DNA of 63,320 nt, filler included, from Octopus bimaculoides (taxonomy: Eukaryota), in assembly GCF_001194135.2 (NCBI RefSeq). It is 8 parts of 7 records of this genome, joined end to end, with 100 filler letters (N's around TTAATTAATTAA, not from the genome) between each part and the next. Parts side by side here need not be neighbours in the genome. Positions count along the whole stretch, not along the records: positions 1 to 18,972 come from NC_068981.1; positions 19,073 to 28,706 come from NC_068982.1; 6 more parts are not named here. One strand, 5' to 3'. Made by a program: the position numbers and the translations under genes. Positions 12,329 through 23,843 of the stretch are shown here, piece after piece (position 1 is the first letter of the stretch; each line of letters begins with the position of its first letter). The notes under the pieces are model-generated. The model was not told where the DNA came from. It made no database searches and saw only the letters and a list, made by a program, of their open reading frames with translations.

Positions 12329-13061
12329 ATATTATCAAATCCATAAAATTATTTCATGTAGTAAAGAAAATCATTTAGAAATGAATTACTTTGATAATTT
12401 TGTTTTCTATGAAAAGTGAAGTAGCAGAATTCCTGAAAACTATGGCATGATGTAATTTGTATCAGTGCTTCAACCCAAGACAACTGAAACTATATCAAAT
12501 TCTGAAAAACAAAAGCTAGTGCAATAAACAAAAAACAAACAAAAAAAAGAAAATTGAGAAAAGAAAAAAGAAAAATAGATCTGAACATTGAAAGTCTCAA
12601 TTAGTGGATATAATTGGAGATACTTATAAACTTGAGAGCTTTCCATTGAAATTTAGTTTATGAAAAGGTTACTTTAATCTAAGTACATTAGCACTTTACT
12701 ATTCATATCCCATTTAAAGGTTGGGTTCTGTAAAGGATTCAAAAATTAAAGTTGAAATATAAAACAAAACTGCTATTGATAAGAATTAGCCAGTAAGATT
12801 ATTTTACATTACAAGGAAAAGGATTTTGTTTTGGTTGGATGATCTTGGCTCTGTTTTAGAATAGACGGAAATAAACTTTGCATTCTGAAAAGTCTAAAAT
12901 GTAAAGTTTTGATATTTATTTTCATCCTTTTCCCTGTTTTGACCAATCAACTATTGGACTGGGGTAAGGGTGCAGTACATCATCAAGTGTTGAGTCACTC
13001 ACATCAACCCCATGGCTTATTTCAGTCTGGTACTTATTTTATTGATTTATATAGGCATAGG

Positions 13062-13288
13062 AGTGGCTGTGTGGTAAGTAGCTTGCTTACGAACCACATG
13101 GTTCCGGGTTCAGTCCCACTGCATGGCACCTTGGTGTGTTTACACCCCTGTAACTTAGTAGTTTGGCAAAAGAGACTGATAGAATAAGTACTAGGTTTAC
13201 AAAGAATAAGTCCTGGGGTCGATTTGCTCGACTAAAGGCAGTGCTCCAGCATGGCCACAGTCAAATGACTGAAACAAGTAAAAGAGTA
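13062..13288 (+). mobile_element. SINE family B, internally deleted copy
   Basis: taggagtggctgtgtggtaagtagcttg head joined to the ccagcatggccacagtcaaatgactgaaacaagtaaaagag tail. Confidence 0.85.
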
Positions 13289-13783
13289 TAACTAACAGGA
13301 CCTGTGGAGTTTCCACAAACCGATTAATAGAATGTTGAGTAAATAATAAACTTTTTTTATATATATGTATGTATAAAAATAAGGCATTGAAGAAAGGAGT
13401 AATTAAAATCTTTACATATATAATAGAATGAGATACTTAGGCAGCAAATACTAAAAGTGCGTATATTTGTACAGTTCTGTTTACAAATACATAAAGTTTA
13501 GCTATTAATTCTATCTATTTTTAAGATGCAATACTCATAAGCTGGGAAAATAAACAATTCATAGAGATACTTGGAAGTGTCCACCATGTGTGCAAAGATT
13601 TCCATCATCTGTTCCTTGATACCCCACCTCCCAACATAGAGCCATGCCAGTTTCCTCTAATATTAATACAGAAAACAATAGACTTATATATGTAGAAAAC
13701 TATATAATACATGCCACATATAAATAGTTTCCTTTTTTGAAAGATATTAATTTAATTTATATATATATATATATATATATATA

Positions 13784-16145
13784 CTAGCAGAAGTGCCCGG
13801 TGTTGCTCGGGGCTGAATTGCTTTAAAGTACTGTTAATGATTCTATTCAATTATGATTATTGAGGCAAAGATTGATATAAATTAACGCCCAACCAATCGA
13901 TTTGCAACTGGATAGAAAGCCCTGCAAAGAGCATTGCAACACTCTAAGAAGAGGTAACAATAGAATGTGAGGTGGCCCTGAAAAGGCTGTTTTATCATTC
14001 TCACAATTGTAACAATTTGGCAGGTAGTCCTGGAAGGGTGTGTAAAACGTTTGCAGGTGAATACGGCGTGTTCCTTTTCCACCAACAGCAGTGGATGTGC
14101 AGTTACAAAACTTCATGCTCTGTGAAAACAGAACAGATGCCCTATGGAGGAAAGAGGGGGATCAATCACGGGTAAGTAAATATGGGTAAGTTTGAAAATA
14201 TACAATAATAGCATCTACTCACCATATGTCAGACCAGCAAGAGTGTAAAATGACCTGTTACTTTTGAATATTTTGTATTTGATGTAAAATGTAACGGTGT
14301 AAAATATAATGGTGAGAGAGAGGATGTATGTATTTAGTTTTATCGACTTTTGAAGTCTTGTTATTTGATGTAAATTGTAATGGCGTGTAAGAGATAGTTA
14401 CTTCATGCAATTATTTTTATCCATTCGTTTCATTGATCGTCGTTATGATTACATTTGTTGTTGCATAAAATATGTTGCTTGGTTTTCAAATTGTATGTTG
14501 CGATCCTGTTGCCGCTGATGTAAACTGTAATGTTTAGAGAGGAGATGGAAGTGAGGGGGGAGGGGATGTTTCATGTACGTCGGATGCAGAAGATGAGGCT
14601 GCTGTGCTGATGAAGGGAGGGAAATAGAGCGAGCGGAGGCCAGGTGTTGGTGAAGTATGAAGTAATTGCAGGGAACCGCCTAAAAATGTAAATGTTGTCA
14701 TAAAAGCATTGTTGACCGTTTGAGAGTTGTACGGAAGTGAAATAGTAACGTNNNNNNNNNNNNNNNNNNNNNNNNNNNNNNNNNNNNNNNNNNNNNNNNN
14801 NNNNNNNNNNNNNNNNNNNNNNNNNNNNNNNNNNNNNNNNNNNNNNNNNNNNNNNNNNNNNNNNNNNNNNNNNNNNNNNNNNNNNNNNNNNNNNNNNNNN
14901 NNNNNNNNNNNNNNNNNNNNNNNNNNNNNNNNNNNNNNNNNNNNNNNNNNNNNNNNNNNNNNNNNNNNNNNNNNNNNNNNNNNNNNNNNNNNNNNNNNNN
15001 NNNNNNNNNNNNNNNNNNNNNNNNNNNNNNNNNNNNNNNNNNNNNNNNNNNNNNNNNNNNNNNNNNNNNNNNNNNNNNNNNNNNNNNNNNNNNNNNNCCC
15101 GCGACAGACAGCAGTTGCCCCTGTGCTTTGTTAATTGACATTGCGAAGCATGGCCTGACTGGAAACTGGGACCTCTGAAATGTGAAAGGTAGGTCTGCTC
15201 CTGATGGGAAAAGATGCATCCTCGATATGAGCACAACGTTGCCTCAACCGCACCCTGTGATTGTTGTGGCCTCAATTAGATTGGGAGATAAGGACTTAAC
15301 GATCAAACGTGTCCCATTGCATTGTTTTAGCGGAACCAAATTTCGAATGAGCATTATAGGGGCACCAACTTTCAGTTTCAGAATGTGTGGGGGTAGTCCA
15401 GGGGGCTGAAAGGAATTTAGTACCTCTATTGGATAGTTGATGACGTCCTCGGGGTCAGGAGTTCTATCGATAGACTTATATATATATAGCAATCCCTAGG
15501 AAAGAGTTTTAGCATTTCATAATTAATATGGTAAACAGTTTTATTCTTCGGGGCCAGAATAGCCCTTTGACCAATCCAATCCATATGCTGATAATTTGCT
15601 TGGAGATCTGGGAACACTGCATCCGTGAGATCAGAAAGCGTATTAACAATGGTACAAAGTGAATCGATGGCAACATTACCCTTTTCATCACAGGGAGTTT
15701 TGCCTTCGCCAAGTGCATGGAGGGTATTAGAAAATTCTGCTGATGCTATGTCACCTCGCATATGAGCACACATGTTAGTGTTAAGTTTGAGTCTTCACCA
15801 GGGGCCACAATGTGGATGACTTAAGATATGCACGTACTGTATCAGCTCTAGTTGAAGACGACTGTAACGGCTATGAACATGTATGTCTCGCTTATTGTGC
15901 TGTTCACCATGGAGAAGTACAGCCACTTCATTGCACAAAGGAGCATTTTAACAGCGTGCGTGCTCCTCAGAAGGTCTTTTGTTAGCATCGATGACAATGG
16001 TGAAGTTTGATGAAGGGGCTGTTTGCAAGGCTTATTTGAAACTGCGAATATAGCTGTTGTGCTCATGAAGCATGTTTTGCAGACGGACAAGAATGTCCCT
16101 GTCAAAAATATCAGCATCAGTATTGGCAGGTGGTGGAATAACGTA
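13784..16145 (-). mobile_element. Defective Helitron (Rep N-terminal piece plus PIF1 helicase C-terminal half, intact 3' end)
   Basis: PIF1 motifs RAILAPKN, GLPPHILKLKVGAPIMLIRNL..CNGTRL, QFPVRPCFAMSINKAQGQ (15109-15773). Hand translation of 15860-16140 gives LQNMLHEHNSYIRSFK..RPSEEHAR..NAP..NEVAV. 3' hairpin cccg..cggg plus CTAG|T at 13784-13811. Confidence 0.9.
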
Positions 16146-16485
16146 GAAATAGCACAGAAGTAAGTCTGAGACATTTCAATTTAAGAAGAAATTTAATAAA
16201 AATGATTTTTAAAATTATATAAAGAAAATATTACCGGTTTCGATGAATCTCATCTTATGAAATATCCGTAAAAATTTGAGGGTCAAAACATGTCTGGAGA
16301 TTTTTTGTTGACTCCCAGACTGAAGATAAACTGTTTTTACTTCAAATTTTTATAAATTTTTACTGATATTTGATAAGATGAAATTCATCAAAACAGGTAA
16401 TATTTTCTTTATATTATTTTTAAAATCATTTTTGTTAAATTCCCTCTTAAATTGAAATGTCTTAGGCTTACTTCTGTGCTATTTC
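16146..16485. mobile_element. Foldback/MITE with ~135-bp TIRs
   Basis: gaaatagcacagaagtaagtctgagacatttcaatttaag... is mirrored by ...cttaaattgaaatgtcttaggcttacttctgtgctatttc. No clear TSD. Confidence 0.8.
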
Positions 16486-16539
16486 AATCTCCATCTTTTA
16501 TTTACTTATATATCTATATGTATGTGTGTATGCTGGCAG

Positions 16540-16750
16540 ACATGCAGATAGCTAAAACGGTCTTCTTTCAGTGTCCGTCTACCAAATCCACTCTCAAGAC
16601 TTTGATCAGCCCAGAGATGTATTAGAAGACACTTGCCTAAGGTACCACGCAGAGGGAATGAACCCAAGACCACATGATTGGGAAATAAGCTTACCGTGTA
16701 GAGGGAGTGAACCCGAGACCACATGATTGGGAAATAAGCTTACCACGCAG
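16540..16750 (-). mobile_element. SINE family B head with an internal ~47-bp tandem duplication
   Basis: gaaccc.agaccacatgattgggaaataagcttacc occurs twice. Confidence 0.75.
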
Positions 16751-17321
16751 TGATGCCTTATGTTTTTGTTTGTTTTTTTTATATTTCAATTACTTTCATT
16801 TTTGCTTCATGTTTTAAGTTCATTTCCACTGCAAGCTTAACCTGAGTGAAACTGAAGATACCGTATCCTGGAACCTTCGTAACTGGGGAAAACAAATCTC
16901 TTGACCTGTCTGCATCTGTTCTTAGCACAAACAGGAAGTGACGTCTTATCTATTTTATGTTTTGAATGTCGTGGAGCTGTTTGTCTGGAATATGGAATTT
17001 TCTTTCAGTTTATTTATTCAACATTTCGGCATTCACTAATAACACGTTTGTATTTAAGAGAGAAATAATAACATTAGCACAAGCAGTAACATATTAAGCA
17101 TAAATAATGTTTGCAAAACATATCTCAGCATGTCGCTTGTATTTGCGAACAGCGAAAGTTTTGCGCTATGGATACATCAGGAGTAAGCAATATATTTTCA
17201 CTATTTCCTTTCGTGTATATTTCTTTTGTATATTTTTGAAATTAAAGATAAAAAAAAATGTATTATAATTTGTTCGGTTGATATTAAGTTTAAATTTAAT
17301 ATTAACCACTGCTGTAATGAA

Positions 17322-17517
17322 AAGGCCCGAAATTTTTGAGCAGGAGGCCCAGTCGATTAGATCGACTTCAGTACGCAACTGGTACTTAATTTATCGACCC
17401 CGAATGGATGAAAGGCAAAGTCGACCTCGGCGGAATTTGAATTTATAACGTAAAGACAGACGAAATACCGCTAAGCATTTCGCCCGGTGTGCTAACGTTT
17501 CTGCCAGCTCGCCGCCT
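17322..17517 (-). mobile_element. tRNA-derived SINE family A, CpG-intact copy
   Basis: Reverse complement begins aggcggcgagctggcagaaacgttagcac (A-box-like) and includes an aaattcaaattccgcc B-box-like motif. Confidence 0.85.
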
Positions 17518-18641
17518 CATTACGGTGACAAATTCAAAAGAATAATGTACAAACAAAAACTAGAAAGTTATTACATTTTGTTAGGAAATAATATTTCAAT
17601 AACTTTTAAACACTTTTGTGTTTACCTCTGTAAAGTATGTCTGTAGTTAAGAAAAATGAGCAACCGCTTTTATCCGGGTTCAATCCTATGGCTCGGATCT
17701 GTGTCGGTGATCCTTTTTTCGAATTACATCCATAAGCTCAAAAGGAAATAGTAAACTATATATATATATATACATATATTATCACGAACATCATTAAATT
17801 TTTCAAAGAAACAAATAATTTTTGTATTTTCAAAATATGGAACTGTGTAGAGTTCTGTTTGATTCAGCATAGCTCTGTAAAAAGGTTTCACAAGATTTCA
17901 ATGATTGGTTGCTTATATAAGACTAATCTGATGGAAATACTAGTATATTTCGATATGATAATGATTGTACTATATTTCAAAAAGAAAAAGATTTTAACAA
18001 TGCACGTCTTGGCGGAATTCTGGTTGAAGCACCCGATGTAACTTTTATTTTTTTGGAATTTTTCAGAAAATTTAAATCGAAGTTATGTTATGCTCACTGT
18101 AATTAACGCTTCTTTAGAAACGCACCTCTCCAAGAAAATGAAATGAAATTTTAAAAAAGTTATGAAAATGGAAAATATATATAAAATAAATGATGTATGC
18201 AAAAAATTAGAAAGGTTCATTCATTTTTAAATATTTTATACTAAAAAATAAAACAAACGGAGAACCGGCACTCGCGAATATAAACAGAGGGGCCAAATAG
18301 TCATTGAGTTAAATGTTCTATAATTCATTTCCTCTGTAAACTGAAAGCAAAAATAACAAAACTTGCATACGTCTTAAACATATTTATTCTATTGTTTTAT
18401 AATTATTTCTGTCGTATATCACAACATCATAGAATGAGCGAAGGTATAGCGAGTGCACACCACCTAACACTAACAAGTTTGCACATTAAAATAAATCTGA
18501 TTAAAAACAATCCGGGATTTGCAAACGATGTTGTCGGGCTCCTAGGATCATTAATTTGTTGGTAAAAGTAAATTACCTCCCCTTGTATCGTGCATCATGT
18601 TTGTTTATATGCGCAAGTGCCCGTTTTCTGTTTGTTTTATA

Positions 18642-18859
18642 TTTACTCTTTTACTTGTTTCAGTCATTTGATTGTGGTCATGCTGGAGCACCGCCTTTTA
18701 GTCGAGCTAATCGACCCCAGGACTTATTCTTTGTAAGCCTAGTGCTTATTCTATCGGTTTCTTTAACCGAACCGCTAAGTTACGGGGAGGTAAACACACC
18801 AGCATCGGTTGTCAAGCGATTTTGGGGGGACAAACACAGACACACAAACATACACACAC

Positions 18860-18905
<46 letters not shown>

Positions 18906-18972
18906 GACAGGCTTCTTTCAGTTTCCGTCTACCAAATCCACTCACAAGGCTTTGCTTGGCCCGAGGCTATAG
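18642..18972 (-). mobile_element. SINE family B (3' and central parts)
   Basis: Tail, CA/TA microsatellite and central domain as in other copies. Runs into a linker. Confidence 0.85.
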
Positions 18973-19072
18973 NNNNNNNNNNNNNNNNNNNNNNNNNNNN
19001 NNNNNNNNNNNNNNNNTTAATTAATTAANNNNNNNNNNNNNNNNNNNNNNNNNNNNNNNNNNNNNNNNNNNN
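18973..19072. other. Artificial scaffold-joining linker 44N-TTAATTAATTAA-44N (also 28707-28806, 35209-35308, 47871-47970, 56538-56637, 58322-58421, 62153-62252)
   Basis: The same 100-nt construct occurs seven times. The 12-mer places stop codons in all six frames. Confidence 0.92.
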
Positions 19073-19282
19073 ACATAACAAAAATACCAGGACTTACAAA
19101 TATATATAACATACAGAAAATTGCACTATTGGGTACTGCACACATTCTACGCAAAACACTTTCAATACAGCAAACATAAGAGCACCACAGCAAACCACAG
19201 CACATACCCAGGGCACACAGAGCTGCGCTCGGTAGTGAAAGCACGTTATAAAAATAAAACTACTGAACAATAATAATAATAA
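19073..19282 (+). mobile_element. R4/Dong-clade LINE 3' end with (TAA)n tail
   Basis: Encodes ITKIPGLTNIYNIQKIALLGTAHILRKTLSIQ. Same family as 50940-51455. Confidence 0.88.
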
Positions 19283-19440
19283 CATCGAAAAATACCTTAG
19301 TAATGAGAACCCAGGTTCGAAATTTCCCCAAGACACCTGATGAAGGCTGGAGGGTATATCAGCTGAAACGTTATGTTAACAACAAACAAGATGAGGATAA
19401 ATAACTGTCAAATGTAAATAATATAAATAATGGACATAAC
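19283..19440 (+). mobile_element. Penelope-like pseudo-LTR fragment with a minimal hammerhead-like motif
   Basis: gacac-CTGATGA-aggctg..cagct-GAAACGTT at 19332-19372. Confidence 0.5.
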
Positions 19441-19713
19441 TCCTCATCTCTTAAATGTAGAACAGAAGAGTGTCATGATCTCGGTTTAGGTAGAATATAC
19501 GTATCGTGTATTTCGCTTTTCCTGTAACCATGAAACTTTGGCGGCTGATTGTGATGAAGTATTCGATGAGACACCTTGCTGTTAGAGTGTTTGGTTGTTA
19601 CGTGAAAAAGTTATTGCAACGTACAATGTGTTCGTTGATGTTCCTAATTATTTTCCAGTGGATAAGAATATTTACAGTTCCTACTTTTCTTCGGCATGTA
19701 TGTATACATGTGT

Positions 19714-20083
19714 GTGGAGGCACAATGGTCCAGTGGTTACGGCATCAGACTCGCAGTCATAGGATCGCCGTTTCGATTCCCAGGCCGAGTGTTTATTGAG
19801 TGACAACACCTAAATCTACACGAGGATCCGGCAGGGAGAGGTGGCGAACCCTGCTGTATTCTTTCACCACAACTTTCTTTCACACTTTCTTCCTGTTTCT
19901 GCTGTACCTGTATTTCAAAGAGCCAGCCTTCTCACACCGTGACGCGCTGAATTTCCCCGAGAACTACATTAAGGGTACACATGTCTGTGGAGTGCTCAGC
20001 CACTTGCACGTTCATTTCACGAGCAGGCTGTTCCCTTGATCGGATCAACTGGAACCCTCGTCGTCGTAACCGACGGAGTGCCA
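19714..20083 (+). mobile_element. tRNA-derived SINE family C, full-length diverged copy
   Basis: ggcacaatggtccagtggtta (A box) .. gtttcgattccc (B box), ending gacggagtgcca. Confidence 0.85.
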
Positions 20084-20699
20084 CGATACCTGTGTGTGTG
20101 CGTGCGTGTATATACGCGTGTGTCTATACTTAAATGCCTATACACACGGGCATGCATGCGTTATTTCATATAAGTGTGTACAAATGCGTGCATAAGTGTA
20201 GAGAATGTATCCATACAAACATGTATATATAAATCATGGCTTTCTGTGCATAAGGGTATTGAAACCTGATTTTAGATTGCTATCAAACTGTCGAAACTTA
20301 AAATGATACATTATCAAAATGTTCTTGGATGCGTAAACAGTTGTCAGTAATTCTTGATATTTAATGCAGCGGGGAATCTCCATACGTCAATGTAGCTTTG
20401 CGTGGCTTCAAAGTTTAAATCGAAATAATTTTTCAAACTTTCATAAGCGATAAAATCTCCCTAGATACCTATATATGCATACATATTATACACGTGTTAG
20501 CGTATACTGGGAGACTTGTGTGTTGGTATGTCTATATATGTGTATTTGAAAAAATATATATGTAAATATACATTTGCATATACATGTACATATACATTTG
20601 CATATACATGTACATATACATACATACACAAATAACATAAGCATGTATATATTTTAAATACTACAAACATTGGAAAGAAAACTCAATGCATAGAGTATT

Positions 20700-20940
20700 A
20701 CTCTTTTACTCTTTCATTTGTTTCAGTCATTTGACTGCGGCCATGCTGGAGCACCGCATTTAATCGAGCAAATCGACCCCAGGACTCATTCCTTGTAAGC
20801 CTAGTACTTATTCTATCGGTGTCTTTTGCTGAACCGCTAAGTTACGAGACGTAAACACACCACCATCGGTTGTCAAGCGATTTTGTTGGAGACAAACAGC
20901 CACAAAAACATATACACACACGCGTGTATATATATATATA
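20700..20940 (-). mobile_element. SINE family B 3' half
   Basis: tttcagtcatttgactgcggccatgctggagcaccgc...ggttgtcaagcga. Confidence 0.8.
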
Positions 20941-22066
20941 TTTTTTTTCCTTTATGTTTTTTTTTTCTCTCTTATTTTTTATTTTTTATTTCTTATTTTT
21001 TTATTTCTTATTTTTTGCATTATTAATGTGGGTGCTATTATTTCCTATCAATATTATACTATATTACCACGGTTGAAATGCCCCCAATACTCTGTATTTT
21101 GAATTTGAGCGTCCACATACTTTATTTCCTTTTTCTTGTTGACATTTTCTAATTATTCATTCTTTAAGGCCTTCTATGTTATAATTACCCTTTCCACCTC
21201 CTTAACCCTTTCATCATCGAAATAAGTGTATGTACCAATATAATAGATAAGTTCGTATACTTAAGTTGTAATTCGCCGAGACTGACCATTCACCACAAGA
21301 ATATCATATTTCAAGTTTACTCTAGCCTGACGCCACTTATTTACGACCCACCACTGACATAGGCAGACACAGCTCATATATATCTATCACTTACGACCTT
21401 TAAGATCTCTGTATCTATATCTACTTATCTTCTTCTTCTACACTTAGACTTTTCCTCACCACCCTTCTCCAACCCGTCTAAATGGCTTAGATGTATCTTA
21501 CTTTACTATCCAGATTTTCTCTTATTGTTTCTTAGATTATCCGCCCCACCGATTTGACTCTTTTTATTTTTATTTTTATTTTTATTTTTGTATGGATATC
21601 TGTGTATTTTTCTTCTTAGTATTTTATATTCCTTATTTTATTCTTTATTTTATATTATTATTTCATTTTTGTTGTATTGTTTTAACCACCAACTTATTCC
21701 CTCCTAACTAATATAAAATAGTATTGTTTACTTAGCGTTCACTACACACTGAATTGTGGCAAGGTATGGACGGATTCCGGAGTACCGAGGAAATTATGTA
21801 TAAATATATCAAATTAAGAATTCTACGAGGTATATTGCAATACAAAATACCAAACGGAACCTCACCTCTTATATCTCATCTTTCTTCCTCCTTTAACTTC
21901 TATGTGATATAATTCTTGGGAAAGAATACATTTGCGGCTGAAGATAGCTTTATACTGTCAATTATACACTGATGTAACAACTATAAAGCTTGAAACACGT
22001 GTACCGCAGAATCCTTTGTGTTTTGTTTTTATTTTTACATTTACAATTTATATATATATATATATA

Positions 22067-22236
22067 TAAGCGCAGGAGTAGCTGTGTGGTAAGTAGCTTG
22101 CTCACCAACCACATAGCTCCGGGTTCAGTCCCACTGCGTGGCACTTTGGGCAAATGTCTTCTATTATAGTCTCAGGCCGACCAAAGTCTTTTGAGTGGAT
22201 TTGGTAAATGGAAAACTGAAAAGAAACCCCTCGTAT
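22067..22236 (+). mobile_element. SINE family B 5' half
   Basis: gcgcaggagtagctgtgtggtaagtagc..gggttcagtcccactgcgtggcac. Confidence 0.82.
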
Positions 22237-22377
22237 ATATTCAAAACAGACACAGTCCTCTAGTCTTAGATCTAGTAGCTGATAAAAATACAAATAAATT
22301 AGAAATGAACCACAATCCTTTACAAGCTATGACCCCAGTAAGCTTCATGCCTTTCTCCGAAGTGTAGTCTATTCTTA

Positions 22378-22508
22378 GCCATGATAAAACTCCGAGTTTC
22401 GGATTTCGGGGCGGAAACCCAAGCCGACATCTCTTCAGTTATCGGGCCATCGAGGAAAATGCTGTGAAAATCTACCCCGACATCGGAAACTCGGAGTTTT
22501 ATCATGGC
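22378..22508. mobile_element. 131-bp MITE, TA-flanked, with 23-bp perfect (~38-bp imperfect) TIRs
   Basis: TA|gccatgataaaactccgagtttc ... gaaactcggagttttatcatggc|TA. Confidence 0.85.
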
Positions 22509-22510
22509 TA

Positions 22511-22990
22511 CCGAATAATTGCCACATATCATCAAACATTCTACATTGAAAATCTTTGCGGATGATTCCAAACTCCAGAAAACCATAAACGGCATGAGAG
22601 ACCGAACATGTCTTCAGTCAGATCTGTTTGTTATTGTCCAATGGGCGGAAAAAACCAATATACTTTTAAATGAAGATATGTTTGATTTGATTTCCTTTGG
22701 AAAAGAGGAAACTCTGAAATTATCATATGCTCTTCCCTCGGGCGACTCCCTAGTGTCATCCAGCAACGCCAGAGATCTTGGAGTAATTGTTGATAACAAT
22801 CAAAGCTGGAGTTCCCACGTAAACAGCAAGGTTGACTTGGCCCGCAAGATGTGCTCCTGGATTAGAGATGCCTACACCAACATCCTTCTCTACTCTACTT
22901 TTGCCCGACCCCACGTTGAGCACTGTTGCCCACTGTGGTTCACCTCCTCCCATACGAAGCAACTCATTATGAAAGTAGAAGAGGTCAGTT
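22511..22990 (+). mobile_element. CR1/Jockey-group LINE RT fragment
   Basis: LPHIIKHSTLKIFADDSKL...LQSDL...RDLGVIVDN..WSSHV..RPHVEHCCPLW. Confidence 0.88.
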
Positions 22991-23737
22991 GATGCCTGAT
23001 TTGAACTACAGATGGATGAAAGCAGAATGTTCGAGAATGGAGTAAGTGGAGCAAGAACACTCACGGAAACGAAAATTGTCACTGAAGAGGTCACAGATGT
23101 GTGACAAAAGATTTCCAGACAATGGACATAAATTAAAATAAAAGAAGAACAGTAATAAATGAGTGAAGAAAAAAAGAATGTATAGTGCGTGTGTTTATTT
23201 GGCAAAAAAAAAGAAAGTAAATGACCATCCCGAAATGCAACAATATATATATATATATANNNNNNNNNNNNNNNNNNNNNNNNNNNNNNNNNNNNNNNNN
23301 NNNNNNNNNNNNNNNNNNNNNNNNNNNNNNNNNNNNNNNNNNNNNNNNNNNNNNNNNNNNNNNNNNNNNNNNNNNNNNNNNNNNNNNNNNNNNNNNNNNN
23401 NNNNNNNNNNNNNNNNNNNNNNNNNNNNNNNNNNNNNNNNNNNNNNNNNNNNNNNNNNNNNNNNNNNNNNNNNNNNNNNNNNNNNNNNNNNNNNNNNNNN
23501 NNNNNNNNNNNNNNNNNNNNNNNNNNNNNNNNNNNNNNNNNNNNNNNNNNNNNNNNNNNNNNNACAATGGACATAAATTAAAATAAAAGAAGAACAGTAA
23601 TAAATGAGTGAAGAAAAAAAGAATGTATAGTGCGTGTGTTTATTTGGCAAAAAAATATGACCATCCCAAAATACAACAGTATATATACACATGGCAAATG
23701 AAAGATGGAAAATGGAGTATATGAGAATTTACTATTA

Positions 23738-23843
23738 ATCACGACAATTGTTTCGACACATCTAGCATCGATTCCTTACGGGTGGTACACTCAACAAGTG
23801 GTTCAGGAGCATCCGGTGGTGCAGATTTATCTTATCGAGTGAT
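23738..23843 (-). ncRNA. Type I hammerhead ribozyme motif, damaged copy (CTGATGA>TCGATAA)
   Basis: Minus strand reads ATCAC-tcgataa-...-GTGTC-GAAA-CAATTG-TC-GTGAT: palindromic stem III, GUC triplet, and a stem I partner. Confidence 0.65.

Noticed and set aside
19714-19790. tRNA-like heads of SINE families A, B and C
   Set aside because: They continue into SINE bodies and give no complete cloverleaf, so they are not called tRNA genes.
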